A DNA stretch of 64,000 nt, from the NCBI GenBank assembly GCA_965214835.1, contig CBDCCK010000002.1, positions 2,304,001-2,368,000 on the forward strand, read 5' to 3'. The translations under genes and the position numbers were made by a program. This DNA comes from Nitrosopumilaceae archaeon. Its GTDB lineage: Archaea; Thermoproteota; Nitrososphaeria; Nitrososphaerales; Nitrosopumilaceae. This document shows positions 42,372 to 54,710 of this stretch, one piece after another. The notes beneath the pieces are model-generated. The model saw only the letters and a list, made by a program, of their open reading frames with translations. It did no database searches and was not told where the DNA came from. The first letter of the stretch is position 1, and every line of letters starts with the position of its first letter.

Positions 42372-42568
42372 CATGCTAAAGAGCACAAAGTTTGTTTATG
42401 GGCGGTATGCGGCTGCCTTGAGAAAATTGTTCAAGTTGTAGTGGTGATCTGGATTGGAAAATGAAAACTAGAATTCAAACCTGTCAGCCAAACTATCATG
42501 TTGGATCCTTTTTGCGTTTCAATAATCTGGTTTGACACGTCTGATTTGGATATTGCATGACAATACGC

Positions 42569-42659
42569 GTATGAGACCGCCTATCACTGCTGGCCAAGTA
42601 TGAAAATCATGACTGCATGTGGATTCACGCCTATCTGCCAAGTGGAGGTGGTCTCGTAC
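42569..42659. mobile_element. 91-bp MITE (GTATGAGACC / GGTCTCGTAC)
   Basis: Terminal inverted repeats and ATGAAAATCA core. Confidence 0.65.
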
Positions 42660-42750
42660 GTACGAGTTTACCCCTCACCTGAGATACGATGTGGCAGGCG
42701 TGATCATGAAGGCTCCAGACACCAGTGACGCCTAAGGGGTAAACTCGTAC
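42660..42750. mobile_element. 91-bp IS66-type MITE (GTACGAGTTTACCCC)
   Basis: Perfect 15-bp TIR and 9-bp duplication GTCTCGTAC. Confidence 0.88.
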
Positions 42751-42874
42751 GTCTCGTACAACCGAATAATCGTAACCGTATGTGTCTCAACAAAATTCAG
42801 ATGGTGCCAAAATAAATGGCAACGCAGACAAACAGACTGCCGCAAAAAAGAGGACACATGTGAAATCAAAGGCG

Positions 42875-42988
42875 GTGCAACAGCAACAACTGCAGTATGT
42901 CAGCCTGGACGTGAACAAGGAGTTCATCTAGTTGTAGTGATGGACAAGAACGGCAAGGTGCTGAGGAACACAAGAATCAACAACAAGA
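42875..42988 (+). pseudogene. IS110 transposase N-terminal remnant
   Basis: QYVSLDVNKE...MDKNGKVLRNTRI with stops. Confidence 0.5.
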
Positions 42989-43200
42989 GACTTTATGCGT
43001 AATCGGTTCAGATCTGGGGTTATTACGAACGAATTGTAACAGGTTAGCCCCTGCCTAGAGTTGGAGTCACGTCCCTTGCCGGCCAGGCATGAAAGCCACC
43101 ACTGCAGGCAGATTCGTGCCTGACTGCTGCCTAGGCAGGGGCTATCCTATTGCAATTTGTTCGTAATAATCCTAGATTTGAACCGATTACGCATAAAGTC
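42989..43200. mobile_element. Fold-back element: ~47-bp inverted arms around an IS66-type MITE (43036-43153)
   Basis: GACTTTATGCGTAATCGGTTCA... / ...TGAACCGATTACGCATAAAGTC. Confidence 0.7.
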
Positions 43201-43549
43201 TAATGACGGCAGTGAGTCGGTTCGGGCTTTGCAGACCCTGATCATACGTGAACGAACCTGCATCAGATGGATGCCATGTGAAATCCCATCGGCATCCCGG
43301 GAGTTGATCCGGAATTAAAAGCGTGCGAATCATTTCCCGGATTTTTCTACTGTGCATATGCCAGGTAACTCATAGGCAGTTTATCATCTACAGGCATCCT
43401 AATCGATTTGATGCAAGCAGGCTTGTTCATGCATCACGACCCGAGTCTGCTGGTTTCGAATCAACTCTCCGGCAAACGTGGTTTTCATATGACACGGTAA
43501 TGATTGGCCGTAATGGCAAATTTTTATTGAGTGCAATCTACAAGACTGT

Positions 43550-44019
43550 ATGGGGCGCGGACTATTCCTAGATCGTGACGGCGTATTGAATTTTAAGGCC
43601 GAGTCCTACGTGACAGGAGCAGATGAGCTGGTATTGCTTCCGGATGTGGGAAATCACTTGAGGAAATTTCAGGAATGCGGCTTTCAGCTGTTTGTGATTA
43701 CCAACCAGTCTGCAATAAATCGAGGACTGCTAAGCCGTGAGACCCTGAATGAGATCCACCAAAAACTGCTACGCCAGTTATTCGCAGATGGCGTTACTGT
43801 AAAAAAAATCTACTACTGCCCGCACAGACCAGAAGAAAAGTGCGCATGCCGCAAACCGAAAAATGCATTATTTGAAAAGGCCCTAAGGGATAACAGTCTT
43901 GATCCTTCACAGTCTTGGATGTAGGGGATTCAGACTCCGATATCGAAGCTGCAATCGCTTCCGGCATAAATCCATTTAAAATAAAAACCAATTCTTCCCT
44001 GCTGGCCTGTGCTGTCTAT
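43550..44019 (+). pseudogene. GmhB/HisB-type HAD phosphatase with a premature stop
   Basis: FLDRDGV, TNQS, CPH...CRKP; TAG at 43922 just before GDSDSDIEAA; 3' end abuts an IS481. Confidence 0.8.
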
Positions 44020-44908
44020 TGTACGAAAAGTCGGTCCGCCTAGGATCAGGAGGACAATAACGGACTATTTTAGGCTGTACCGATCACGAAAAACCATGAA
44101 AAAAATACTGACAGAAGAGTCACGGCAGTACCTAGTAAGACAGTGCAAGAAAGGCGTCGCGCCCTCCAAGATAGCAAAGGATCTGAACATCACGGCAAGG
44201 CATGTAAGGAGGCTGTGGGCCCGGTTCCAGGCAACAGGTACGACGCGCGTGAAAATGGGCAGGCCGCATGTCCCGGTCACGGCCGCCCAGATACGTCTGG
44301 TGACCGGGACGCACGAGGGCGAACCGACAGGCGTACTGCGCACCGCAGGCAGGCTGAGGCACAATCACAATATAAGCTACCGTGCAGTATACCGCATAAT
44401 GAAGAAGAACGGCCTAGTGATTCCGTCTGCGGCAAAATCAAAAAAGAGGGGATACGTCCGCTTTGAGCGCAAATACTCCAACGCGATGTGGCATGTGGAC
44501 TGGCATGAAATGAAGGATCCGCGCCTAAAGGGACTCAACCTAGTCACGTATCTTGACGATGCCTCAAGGTGCATTACGGGGGCCGCACTATTTGAGCATG
44601 CCACCTCTGAGAACGCCGTAATGACACTCAGGCTGGCGATCGAGAGGTTTGGCACGCCTGCATCCATACTGTCTGACAATGGCTCGTGCTTTGTAGGACA
44701 GAACGGCAGAAAAAAGGCGGCCTCCAAAGGCGGCACCGGCATGGGGACGTGGCAGCCCACGCTCTTTGAGGAGGAGCTGCTTACACGGGACATCATCCTG
44801 ATAAACACCAGGCCATATCACCCGCAGACCAACGGCAAGCTGGAGAGGTTCCACGGCAGCAAAGAGGCCGAAATCCGTCACTATGAGAGCCTGGATGCAT
44901 ACATCAAG
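44020..44908 (+). mobile_element. IS481-family IS (transposase from 44096), truncated by an IS66
   Basis: TGT start; WHVDW, LDDASR, SDNG, HPQTNGKLERF. Confidence 0.85.
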
Positions 44909-47036
44909 GTACAACTTCAGGTCCTTTTTATACTGACTAGGGAACTTTTTGCCCGGAACTTTTTGATCCTTCCGCATCTGCTGTGACAGACCCGCTACAT
45001 CATCATCACACGTCCCTTGTATATGCAAGACCGGCAGCGCGCAGACAACAGATTATTGGCAGACAACAGATTATTGGCAGACGGCACCTGCAGGAAACCA
45101 GCATTGTCAGATTTGTCAGGCGTTGTTGACTGGCAGACTTGCCTACACGGCCGGATTCTTTGACATGAAGCTACGGGTTACGCCGTCCCGTAGGCGCCAG
45201 ACGGATCATGTTGTTGTAGGAGCTGCTGCTGCTGGTACGACGGCCGTCCGGTTCCGGCGTACCGCTCCTCTGCTGCTGCCTGCGTCATCATCGACTACAG
45301 GCGGCCACGCCGGCGGCGGCCCGGGACACTCAAAGACGCTGTATCTTGTACCGTCCGTATTGACAAGCGAGGACAGCAGGCGCGCATCATTATCATCATC
45401 TCTTGCTTCTGCAAAGATATCCCAGACCGGATTCCGCAGGTATTTCAAGAGTCCGCCGGCAGGATGTATATTCTGCTTGCGACATGTCATCGAAAATGTC
45501 AGCAGCGCAGAAGCCGTCTTTCTTCCCCCGTCAGTTACGATCTTGTGGCGTGCATTGCGTTGTGGTATGATCCCGTCGCGTATGCACCGCTCCGTATCGT
45601 TGTTGTGCAGCGGCATTCCCCGATGCGCTAGACACGTAAACATGTCATGTATGGCGTTTAGCAGGTGTGTACGCACGTGAACGTCCTCATACGGGTTGAT
45701 TATTTTGTATACTTCCCTGGAAAGCTCCATGCATGTAAGCGGCGCAAGCGTCTTGATTTTATCTATCTTCCTGTAAAATTCCAGCAGCAAGTCATACCTT
45801 TTCCCCATCATCGCCTTCGGGCATCTTTACTGCAAGCTTTTCTGCATACGCCAGAAGGTGCCTCCAGCACCTCTGGATTATCTCAAAGAACAGCTTGTAC
45901 TGGGCCAGCCCGTCGACGACTATGGGAACCCTGGGATCCAGCCATCCAAAGTGCGTGTGCAGTACCTCAGAGGACCGGGAATCTGCAAAGACCACAAAGC
46001 ACGCCCCCGCACAGTTGAGCACCCAGACGTACCCCGTGTGTCCGTCGCCGCGCTTAAAGCCGGTCTCGTCCATCTGTATCCACGGCCTGCCCGCAATGAA
46101 TGTCTGTATGCATTGTATCATGTTTTGCCGGAGTGCCTCTGCCACGGCGTGCCGGGCGGCAGTCACGGTATTTGGGGCCATCTTGAATCCAAACATATAC
46201 TGAAAGTACTCTGCAATGTCCTCGTCTATGTTTCCCTTCTCAAAGAACATCATGATTAGAGAGAGTGAGACGGGCCCAAGTGACGTGCCGCCTAGAAACG
46301 GGGTAGCTGCGACATGCACGGTATTGCACTGTGGACACACCGCGTTTTGGATGATGGCATTGGCAGTAATCATGCGCATGGAGCCGTCCAGATCGTTGAC
46401 AAGCTTGTGGATCGGCTTGAGCATCCGTAACTGGATGTTGCACCTTGGGCATATTTTGAAATCAAGATCGTACCTTAATGTCATGGATGGCCGGTTGCCG
46501 TGCGATGTACCATGGTGTCCGCACGGAGGGCCGCGTTTCTTGCCCCGAGCCGCATCGCCGGGACTGCCGCCGGGATCCTCGCCCCTTTTCTCCCTGAACT
46601 TTTTTCTGGCATCATTGTATAATGACGGCGTGGACGTGGGCATGTTGGGACTCTCGTACAGGGCAAGCCTTGCCTGAAGCTCAGCATTCTCCTTCTTGAC
46701 ATCCACATTCTCCTTCTTGACAATAGAGAGTTCTTTTTCCAGCCCGGAGATCTTCTCATCTTGCTCCATGATCATGACAAGTGCCTTTCCAAGATCCGTA
46801 CAGCGTGCAAGCACGGCTTTGGAGTCCATATGTTACATCAGACAGGCAAGATCAAAAAAGATTTCCATCGAAATTCTTTGACCAAGATGCCGATATTATG
46901 TCACTCCCGTAAATTCCAAACCTGCAATGTCTGATCACAAATGTCTGATGTTCAGCCATGTTCGCAGGGGCATCTGATCATAAGATGCTGCCCAAAAATG
47001 TTTGACTGTCAGTATAAAAAGGACCTGAAGTTGTAC
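44909..47036 (-). mobile_element. IS66-family IS with a frameshifted transposase (45792-46829 and 45206-45811)
   Basis: 29-bp perfect TIR GTACAACTTCAGGTCCTTTTTATACTGAC; STPS, MDETG, QRCWRH, NNDTER motifs. Confidence 0.88.
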
Positions 47037-47080
47037 GATAAAACAACATCATAAGACTATGTTTTATTTAGTTCGTTTTG

Positions 47081-47188
47081 GTAACAGTTCGGGCTCAAGT
47101 TCAGGCGTGGGTTTTGCCATACTCGATCGGGGTCTTCCGGAATAATCTGTGTCTAAAATCAGGAACGGCTTCCAGAGCGAGCTGTTAC
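47081..47188 (+). mobile_element. IS66-derived MITE just upstream of the serpin gene
   Basis: GTAACAGTTCG...CGAGCTGTTAC. Confidence 0.8.
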
Positions 47189-47226
47189 GGCAACAGCCTT
47201 TTTAGCGACATGCCTGTAGTCCTGTC

Positions 47227-48621
47227 ATGATCAGGTGCCTTGCTATAACAGGACTCTTTCTGGTTCTAGCAGCAGGTGCCGTTGCCACCGCGCATGCGGA
47301 GGTGCCGCCCCCGCTAAAGCAGCTTGCAGCCGGCGTCTCTCCTGAAGGAGTCCTGTGCAGGGAGGGACTCGCGCTGGTCGTGCGCGACACCGGCGGCGCC
47401 GTATGCGTGAGTGGGAACACTGCAGAAAGGATGGGGTGGATCGTAACCATACCAGATGCCAGCGCCGCCGAGTCCACGCACCTGCTGCTACAGGCCGGCG
47501 GCCTGGTGCCAGTTGAGATTTCGGACTATTCTGGGATCGTGTCCGCAAACAACGACTTTGCAGTCGACTTTTACTCACATGCAGCCAGGCAGGAGGGCAA
47601 AAACATCGTATTCTCACCGTGGAGCATCTCCGGTGCCTTTGCACTCGTACACGAGGGGGCGGGGGGCGACACGAGGAACGAGCTCACAGATGCGTTCGGG
47701 TTTCCAGAGGAAAAACGCCTGCAGTTTGGCTCTGCAATGGTGGATCTGAACAGGCCCGACACAGAGTACAGGCTGTCGGTTGCAAACGCGCTGTGGCTTG
47801 CAGAGTGGCTCGAGCCGCTAGAGGAGTACGTGCAGACCGCAAGGATATACTATGACAGCGGCGTGGAGATGGTGGACTTTGGATCCAGCGACGCGGTCAA
47901 GACGATTAACCAGTGGGTGTCAGATAACACCGGTAGCAGGATAAACGAGGTCATAGCGCCCGGCTCCGTCAGCACCGCAGCGCCGCTGGTCATAACAAAC
48001 ACAGTATACTTCAAGGGCGACTGGGTGACCACGTTTAGAGGGTCTGCAACTATCGAGGACTACCCGTTCTGGGTGACCCCCGACAAAAAGGTGACGGTTC
48101 CGATGATGTACGCAAAGGCTGTCTACAAGCACGCATATGTGGACACGCACCAGATCCTTGAGATGCCGTACGTGGGCGACCGCATCTCAATGCTCGTACT
48201 GCTGCCAAACGAAAAAGGCGGGATAGGCGAGCTGGAGGGGCTACTGAGCGCCGAGAACCTCGAGGAGTGGAGGGAGGATCTTGCATGGAGAGGACTGAAG
48301 GTCTATTTTCCAAGATTCAACCTTGACGTCTCATACGACCTAAAAAGGGACCTGTCCGCGATGGGCGTGACCTCGATCTTTGATGAGAAGGCAGACCTTT
48401 CTGGCATCGCCGGGGACGGGCAGCTGTATGTGTCAGACGCAGTCCACAAGGCGTTCATAAACGTAAACGAAAAGGGGACGGAGGCCGGGGCCACAACTAT
48501 AATAGCATCTAGTTCATCAGGGCCTCCGACGTTTCTAGCAGACCACCCGTTTGTATTTGTCATACAGGACAGGGAGACGGGCAACATACTGTTCATCGGA
48601 AGGCTGTCCGACCCGTCATAG
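47227..48621 (+). CDS. Secreted serpin (serine protease inhibitor)
   Basis: Signal peptide, PPLKQ..GV module, NIVFSPWSI, NTVYFKGDW, EKGTEAGA hinge, FLADHPFVF. Confidence 0.93.
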   Translation: MIRCLAITGLFLVLAAGAVATAHAEVPPPLKQLAAGVSPEGVLCREGLALVVRDTGGAVCVSGNTAERMGWIVTIPDASAAESTHLLLQAGGLVPVEISDYSGIVSANNDFAVDFYSHAARQEGKNIVFSPWSISGAFALVHEGAGGDTRNELTDAFGFPEEKRLQFGSAMVDLNRPDTEYRLSVANALWLAEWLEPLEEYVQTARIYYDSGVEMVDFGSSDAVKTINQWVSDNTGSRINEVIAPGSVSTAAPLVITNTVYFKGDWVTTFRGSATIEDYPFWVTPDKKVTVPMMYAKAVYKHAYVDTHQILEMPYVGDRISMLVLLPNEKGGIGELEGLLSAENLEEWREDLAWRGLKVYFPRFNLDVSYDLKRDLSAMGVTSIFDEKADLSGIAGDGQLYVSDAVHKAFINVNEKGTEAGATTIIASSSSGPPTFLADHPFVFVIQDRETGNILFIGRLSDPS

Positions 48622-49454
48622 GGCGCCCCCGTGAGTCATATCTGAGAAGACTGCACCTGTGAGATGTTAAGGTCGTTGTGACATGCAGGCACGAATCTTG
48701 TTGCAAGATGATTTGGTCATGACTGAAAACCGAGGCGGCCCAGCCGATTACTTGCACCTCATACAAACGTCTTTTATAAAGCATCATGGTAACATCCAGC
48801 ATGAACCAAGCAGTGTGTCTTGCCATATTGCTGCCGGTTTTGCTCTCCGTTCCGGCTTTGTCATTTTCAGAGTCAGGCGAGGTACAGGACAACCTGTACA
48901 AGTTCGATGACGGCTTTTATGAAAAGATCCAGCACCTGCAGAACATGACATCGTATGAAAGGGCAGACAGTTCGGACAACGCTACACTGGCTGCACATTC
49001 CGTAATTATAGTCACAGATGACGGATACGAAGACGAATTGGAGCAAACGCTAAGGGAGATGGGCTCACGGGACATATTCAAGTCAAGGAGCCTGGACTTT
49101 CTCATCGCTGATGTCCCGGTGAACAGGATAACAGATCTGGCAGGCTATGATCATGTCTACAAGCTTGGAGACGGGCATGGGGAGCTGACATCGTCGGCAT
49201 CACCGTCAAGGTTACCTACAGCATTGACACTGGCGCAGGCCAAGGCCGTAGTTGGCGCCACCAACGTAGGCTCCAACGCGTATCCGTATACCGGCCAGGA
49301 GATCACCGTTGGACTGATTGGTCCGGGTACGGATTTTACACACCCTGACCTGCAAAACAAGGATGCCGCCTCGCTCCTATGTACCCAACTCCGATGCAGT
49401 GATTCTTCACTGCTGGCCGGTACCGATCATGCCACCTCGACTTCCGCAGTCATA

Positions 49455-50552
49455 TAGTGAAGAGCATAAATCATCCAAATCAACTTTATCAAACCACAAT
49501 ACATTTTGATCGCCATGGCACACATTATTCATGACTCCAAAAGAAAAGGCCAAGTTCAGGGAGGCGCACAGGAAGGAAAAGGATCCCGCCGTCAAGCTCA
49601 GAATGACTGCAATAAACCTGATCCACATTGAGGAAAAGGACTCAAAGATTGTGGCAAAATATCTGGGACAGACACGCGACTGGGTCTACTTCTGGACGCG
49701 GCGCTTCAGGGAGGGCGGCATTGATGCCCTCCGGAACCGCCCACACACCGGCAGGCCGCCCAAGGTGAGTCCGGAGATCATCACCAAGATCATAGATGCG
49801 GCCGAGGACGGCATACTCACGCCAAAGAAGTTTCGCCTGGACATACACGACGAGACCGGCGTTTGGTACCACCACACCCACGTCAGGAGGTTGATGAGGG
49901 AGCAGAACATGTCGCCCAAGACGCCGGAGCTCGTGCACAGGAACAAGGCAGACGAGCAGACCATACGAAGGTGGCAGTGCAACGCAAAAAGGCAGATTTC
50001 ACGCCTGAAAAAGGAGGGTTTTGCCATCGTAATCCAGGACGAGTCGATCTTCGTCAATGATCCGGTGGTCGGACGCAAATACTGGTCCGCAGTCGGGGTG
50101 CCCATCACGATCCCGTACAACGGGAGCCACCGCAGGATTGTGGCCTACGGCGCGATTGCCACGGACGGACGCCGCTTCTTCCGGACATATGATAAATTTA
50201 ACGGCCCGACATTCCTCAGGTATCTCAAGGAGCTCCGCAATAACTTTGGAAAGGTCCTAGTAATAATGGACGGCGCGTCTGCGCACAAGACCCGGGATGT
50301 AAAAAAATTCGTGGCAGACAATCCGAACACCGTAAGGGTCAGGTACCTTCCGGTGGCCACCCCGGAGATCAGCCTCATAGAGGAGTTCTGGCACCAAGCA
50401 AAGCGGGACGTGCTGGTCTCCGAGTACTATGCAACAATCGAGGAGATGAGACATGCGCTGTCCGAATATCTGAGGACTGCCGGCTTCGACCACAGTGTCA
50501 TGGAGTATCTCGGAAACAAGCCCAAGATTTGAAGAATTTATGCTCTTCACTA
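49455..50552 (+). mobile_element. IS630-family IS (transposase 49531-50532)
   Basis: TIR TAGTGAAGAGCATAAAT, TA duplication; QDES, MDGASAH, PEISLIE. Confidence 0.92.
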
Positions 50553-50840
50553 TAGCATCCAACAGCACCAACCCCGCAATGGCGGGGATGGCACCAGACT
50601 CCATGATACACGACGCTCGCTTAGCTGGCGTGACTCACGTGGGTGAGAGTTCAGCAACAAAAAATACCTTTGCCCGGGCACTTGATGAGATGGTAACCAG
50701 CGATATCACCGTGGCACTTTCAATACTGGCAGATGAAGAAAGTTTTGGATGCAACGACTATTCTGCCCTTACCATTGTCACCGATAGGGCGGTACACGAA
50801 GGCTTGAGCTTTTCCATGGCCATCGGAAACAAACCAAGTA

Positions 50841-51946
50841 TAGCAACGGTCACAAGTAATTGAGGGCTTTGACCGGCGATCTGTAAATGTACTTGTACAT
50901 GCAAAGGTGGGCAAATGACACCGTCCTATAATATTCGGATATGGTGTGCCGCAGCTCGCTGATCCTTCTGTACACTATCCCCCTGAAAACAAAATGTTTG
51001 CCCAGGTTCCAGCATTCTTCCACGATATTGAGGTACGGCGATCCTTTCGGAATCATTATCAGCCTGACGTCGGGATGGCCCGCCAGATATTCTGCGACAT
51101 CAGTAGATCTGTGCACACTCCACCTATCGCAAAAGACTGCAACCTTGCCAAACTTGATGCGCAGCGCCTCCAGACATTCTATGAACTGCACCGACGTAAA
51201 CGATCCCGTAAACGTCCTGAATAGCCTTCTGCCGTCTTCTGCGATGCTTCCAAACACGGCCACCTTTGTGTGGTCCCCCGAATACGATGCCACGCTTCTG
51301 GTGCCGACCGGACCCCACACGTATCTGTCGTATGCGCCCTGCACGAAGAACGCCTCATCAGATGACACCAGCGTAAAACCGTCGTTTTTCAGGCACGGAA
51401 TCCGCACGTTTTCAAGGTATCGCTGCCACGAGTATACCGAGCTTGGGGTGGCATGGTTGACATGTATGTTTTGCACCTTGCGGCGCGACAGGCCGTGCTG
51501 GCACATCAGTCTTCGGACATGCTCTATGCTGTATTCTATCCCGGTGGCATTCCTTATGTCATCGCGTACCGTCATGACATCGGTACTTTTGCATGCAGTG
51601 GACAGATCCATTATGGCTGCAATACTTTCTCTGTCCACCTTTGGTCTGCATCCGGAACGGGGAAGATCCCGGAGACCGTCTATGCCGCCCTCCGAAAACC
51701 TCGCCAGCCAGTTGCGCACGGAATTCTCACTGCACCGGATCTTTCTTGCAGTCTCGGGTACGCCCATGTCGTCTTCTAGCACAAACATCAGCGCCATGAT
51801 CTTCTTGTAGACTTTGACATCCTTTTCTTTGCGCATGGCCTCTGACAGAATGTCTGTTTCTTTTGTCATACATACTGCGCCAGTTACGTGATCATTATAC
51901 CTTTCGAATGACCTTGTTTTGGCTCAAAGACTTATGCTCGTTGCTA
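50841..51946 (-). mobile_element. IS630-family IS (transposase 50850-51869)
   Basis: TAGCAACG/CGTTGCTA ends, TA duplication; SDEA, DRWSVH, PYLNIVE. Confidence 0.9.
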
Positions 51947-53309
51947 TAACACGGCGGCGTTCCCTCCACCACACATACAAAAGCTGGCATGCGGCTTTAA
52001 TTACATCAGCGCAGGTGCCGTGGACGAGGACAGAATCCTGTGGAGTGACAGTGTTCTAGGCCCTGCCCAGTTCAACACCCCGGGCGGCGACGCACCCAGA
52101 ATAAAGCCCGAGATAACCGCAATCGGCGTAGATCTTGATCTTGCACGGGCCGCAGATACTAGAAGTATGATAAACCGCGACTATGAAATAGACTCCGGTA
52201 CGAGCTTTGCCACCGCCTTTGTGGCAGGTGCCAGTGCCCTGATCCTAGAAAAGCAGCCGGACTACCGGCATCTGGAGATAAAGTCCGCACTGATGCTTGG
52301 CGCAGACTGGCAGGCAGACACGCCGGCGACGGCAGCAGACTATGATGACCGGAGGGCCGGGATATACGATACCATGAACCGGTACGGCTTTGGCATACTC
52401 AACGCAACGAGATCCCTTGACTATGCCAACGACAACCAGTACCCAAACGTCCTGTACGACCAAAGCTCAAGCGACTTTGAGGTAAATTCGTACAGGATAT
52501 ACGCAGGCGCAGGCGAGCAGGTAAAGGTGCTGCTGTCATGGCTGGTGCATCCGAGAGGCACGGTACTGTCGCCCACCCTTCCAATCGGCAGCCCGCACAT
52601 CCAGCTTCCAAGCCAGTACCACAACTATGACCTCGCGGTGACGCTTCCCAACGGCGTGACAAGGACAAGCGACTCTGACGTCCAGAACAACGAGTTTGTC
52701 GTGTTTGACGCACCAGAGACCGGATTCTACACCATCACCGTGAGCTCCGACGGGACGCTGACGACTGCCGTCGGCGAGCCGTACACCCTGGCAAGCACTC
52801 ACGGGATAGACAAGTTCCCATACGACCTCGTCGTCCCGGTCACGGAGTTCGCAGACGACTTTGAGTCGGACCTCTCAAAGTGGGACATCTCCGGCGACTC
52901 TGACTGGGAGACGGGGGACCCCGACGAGGACGTGCCCGGCGAGAACAGCCGGACAAACCAGGCGCTCATATCAAGCAACTGCGACATTGTCTGCATCGCC
53001 ACGATATCCTCGACGTTTGACACGCAGGACGCGCTGACCATCTCCTTTGACAGGTTCGTCGACTCCAACGTCGATGCCGGGGAGGGCCTGTTTGTAGAGT
53101 ACTCTGCAGACGGAACCAGCTGGACCGGCCTTGCAAGCTATACCCACGACAACCGCGAGGACAGCGACTCGTGGAGCAGTGAGTCCCTGTCCTTGGATAT
53201 AACGGATGACACCGCAATGATCAGGTTCGTGGCAAAGTCCAGCTCCTCAAGCGAGCATGTCGAGATAGACAATGTTGCAATAATGGAAAGTAACGGAGGC
53301 GGACCCTCG

Positions 53310-54710
53310 GACACGACTGACCCCGTAATCACCGTGCCCGCAGACGTCACGGCCGAGGCTACCGGCGTACTGAGTATGATATCCATAGGGCAGGCCACGG
53401 CCACCGACAACCTGGATCCCGACCCGGCAATCACAAACGACGCACCAGAGTCGTTTCCCCTAGGCAGCACGACAGTCACGTGGACTGCCACGGATGATTT
53501 CGGCAACACGGCCACTGACACCCAGACTGTTACGATACGGGACACGACGCCGCCCATGATCACGGTGCCTGCAGACCGTACCGCGGAGGCCGCCGGCGTA
53601 CAGACTGCCGTATCCATAGGGCAGGCCACTGCCACCGACATTGCAGATCCCGACCCGGCAATTACAAACGACGCACCCGCGTCGTTCCCGCTCGGCGATA
53701 CGGTAATCACATGGACTGCCACAGATGATTCGGGCAACGTGGCCACTGACACCCAGACTGTTACGGTTCAAGATACCACGCCGCCGAGCATCACGGTGCC
53801 TGCTGACCATACAGCAGAGGCCACCGGCGTGCTGACCACAATATCAATAGGGCAGGCTACGGCCACCGACAACCTGGATCCCGATCCTGTCATCACGCAC
53901 GACGCACCGGAATCGTTCCCGCTAGGCAGCACGACAGTCACGTGGACTGCCACGGATGACTTTGGCAACACAGCGACTGCCACCCAGACTGTTACGATAC
54001 AGGACACGACACTGCCGAGCATAACCGCACCACCAGATGTCACAACCGAGGCCACCGGCGTGCTGACTGTAACATCCATAGGGCAGGCCACCGCCACCGA
54101 CAACCTGGATCCCGACCCGGCAATCACAAACGACGCACCGGAATCGTTCCCGCTCGGCGACACCATAGTGACATGGACTGCCACTGATTCCTCCGGCAAT
54201 GCTGCCACGGCCACACAGACCGTGACGATACAGGACACCACGCCGCCGAGCATCACAGCACCCGCCGATCATACGGCCGAGGCTGCCGGCATCATGACAA
54301 TCCTGAATGCCGGCGACTATGGGACTCCCGCCGTGTCTGACATTGCCGATCCCAGCCCCACAATCACAAACGACGCACCGGAATCGTTCCCGCTCGGCAA
54401 CACCACGGTAACGTGGACTGCCGCCGACTCTTCGGGCAATGCCGCCACGGCCACACAGACCGTGACGATACAGGACACCACGCCGCCTGCCATATCCGGC
54501 CTGCGCAACATAAACGTGGATGATCCGGCGGGCCGGGGAATGGAAGTCAGCTATGATGCGCCTACAGCTACAGACCTCGTGGACGGGGTCGTGGCAGTAT
54601 CGTGCACGCACGAGTCGGGATCGACGTTTGCGCCCGGATTCACCGAGGTGTCATGTATGGCGACAGACGGCTCTGCAAACTCGCTGCGGGACTGGTTTAT
54701 CATACACGTG
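53310..54710 (+). repeat. About six tandem HYR-like domains (~228 bp units)
   Basis: Repeated DTTPPSITxPAD...FPLGxTxVTWTATD units. Confidence 0.85.

Noticed and set aside
43922-43924. In-frame TAG in the HAD phosphatase (also at 60822) as amber recoding
   Set aside because: TAG is a normal stop elsewhere in the window, the region is full of pseudogenes, and no pyl genes are seen
45041-45082. 18-bp tandem duplication GCAGACAACAGATTATTG
   Set aside because: Simple slippage repeat inside an IS, with no insert
45790-45815. Programmed frameshift in the IS66 transposase
   Set aside because: Needs a +1 shift inside the catalytic region; an inactivating indel is more likely
53310-54710. Near-identical repeats as DGR template/variable repeats
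   Set aside because: Tandem in-frame HYR domains, no evident adenine-specific variation and no reverse transcriptase in the window
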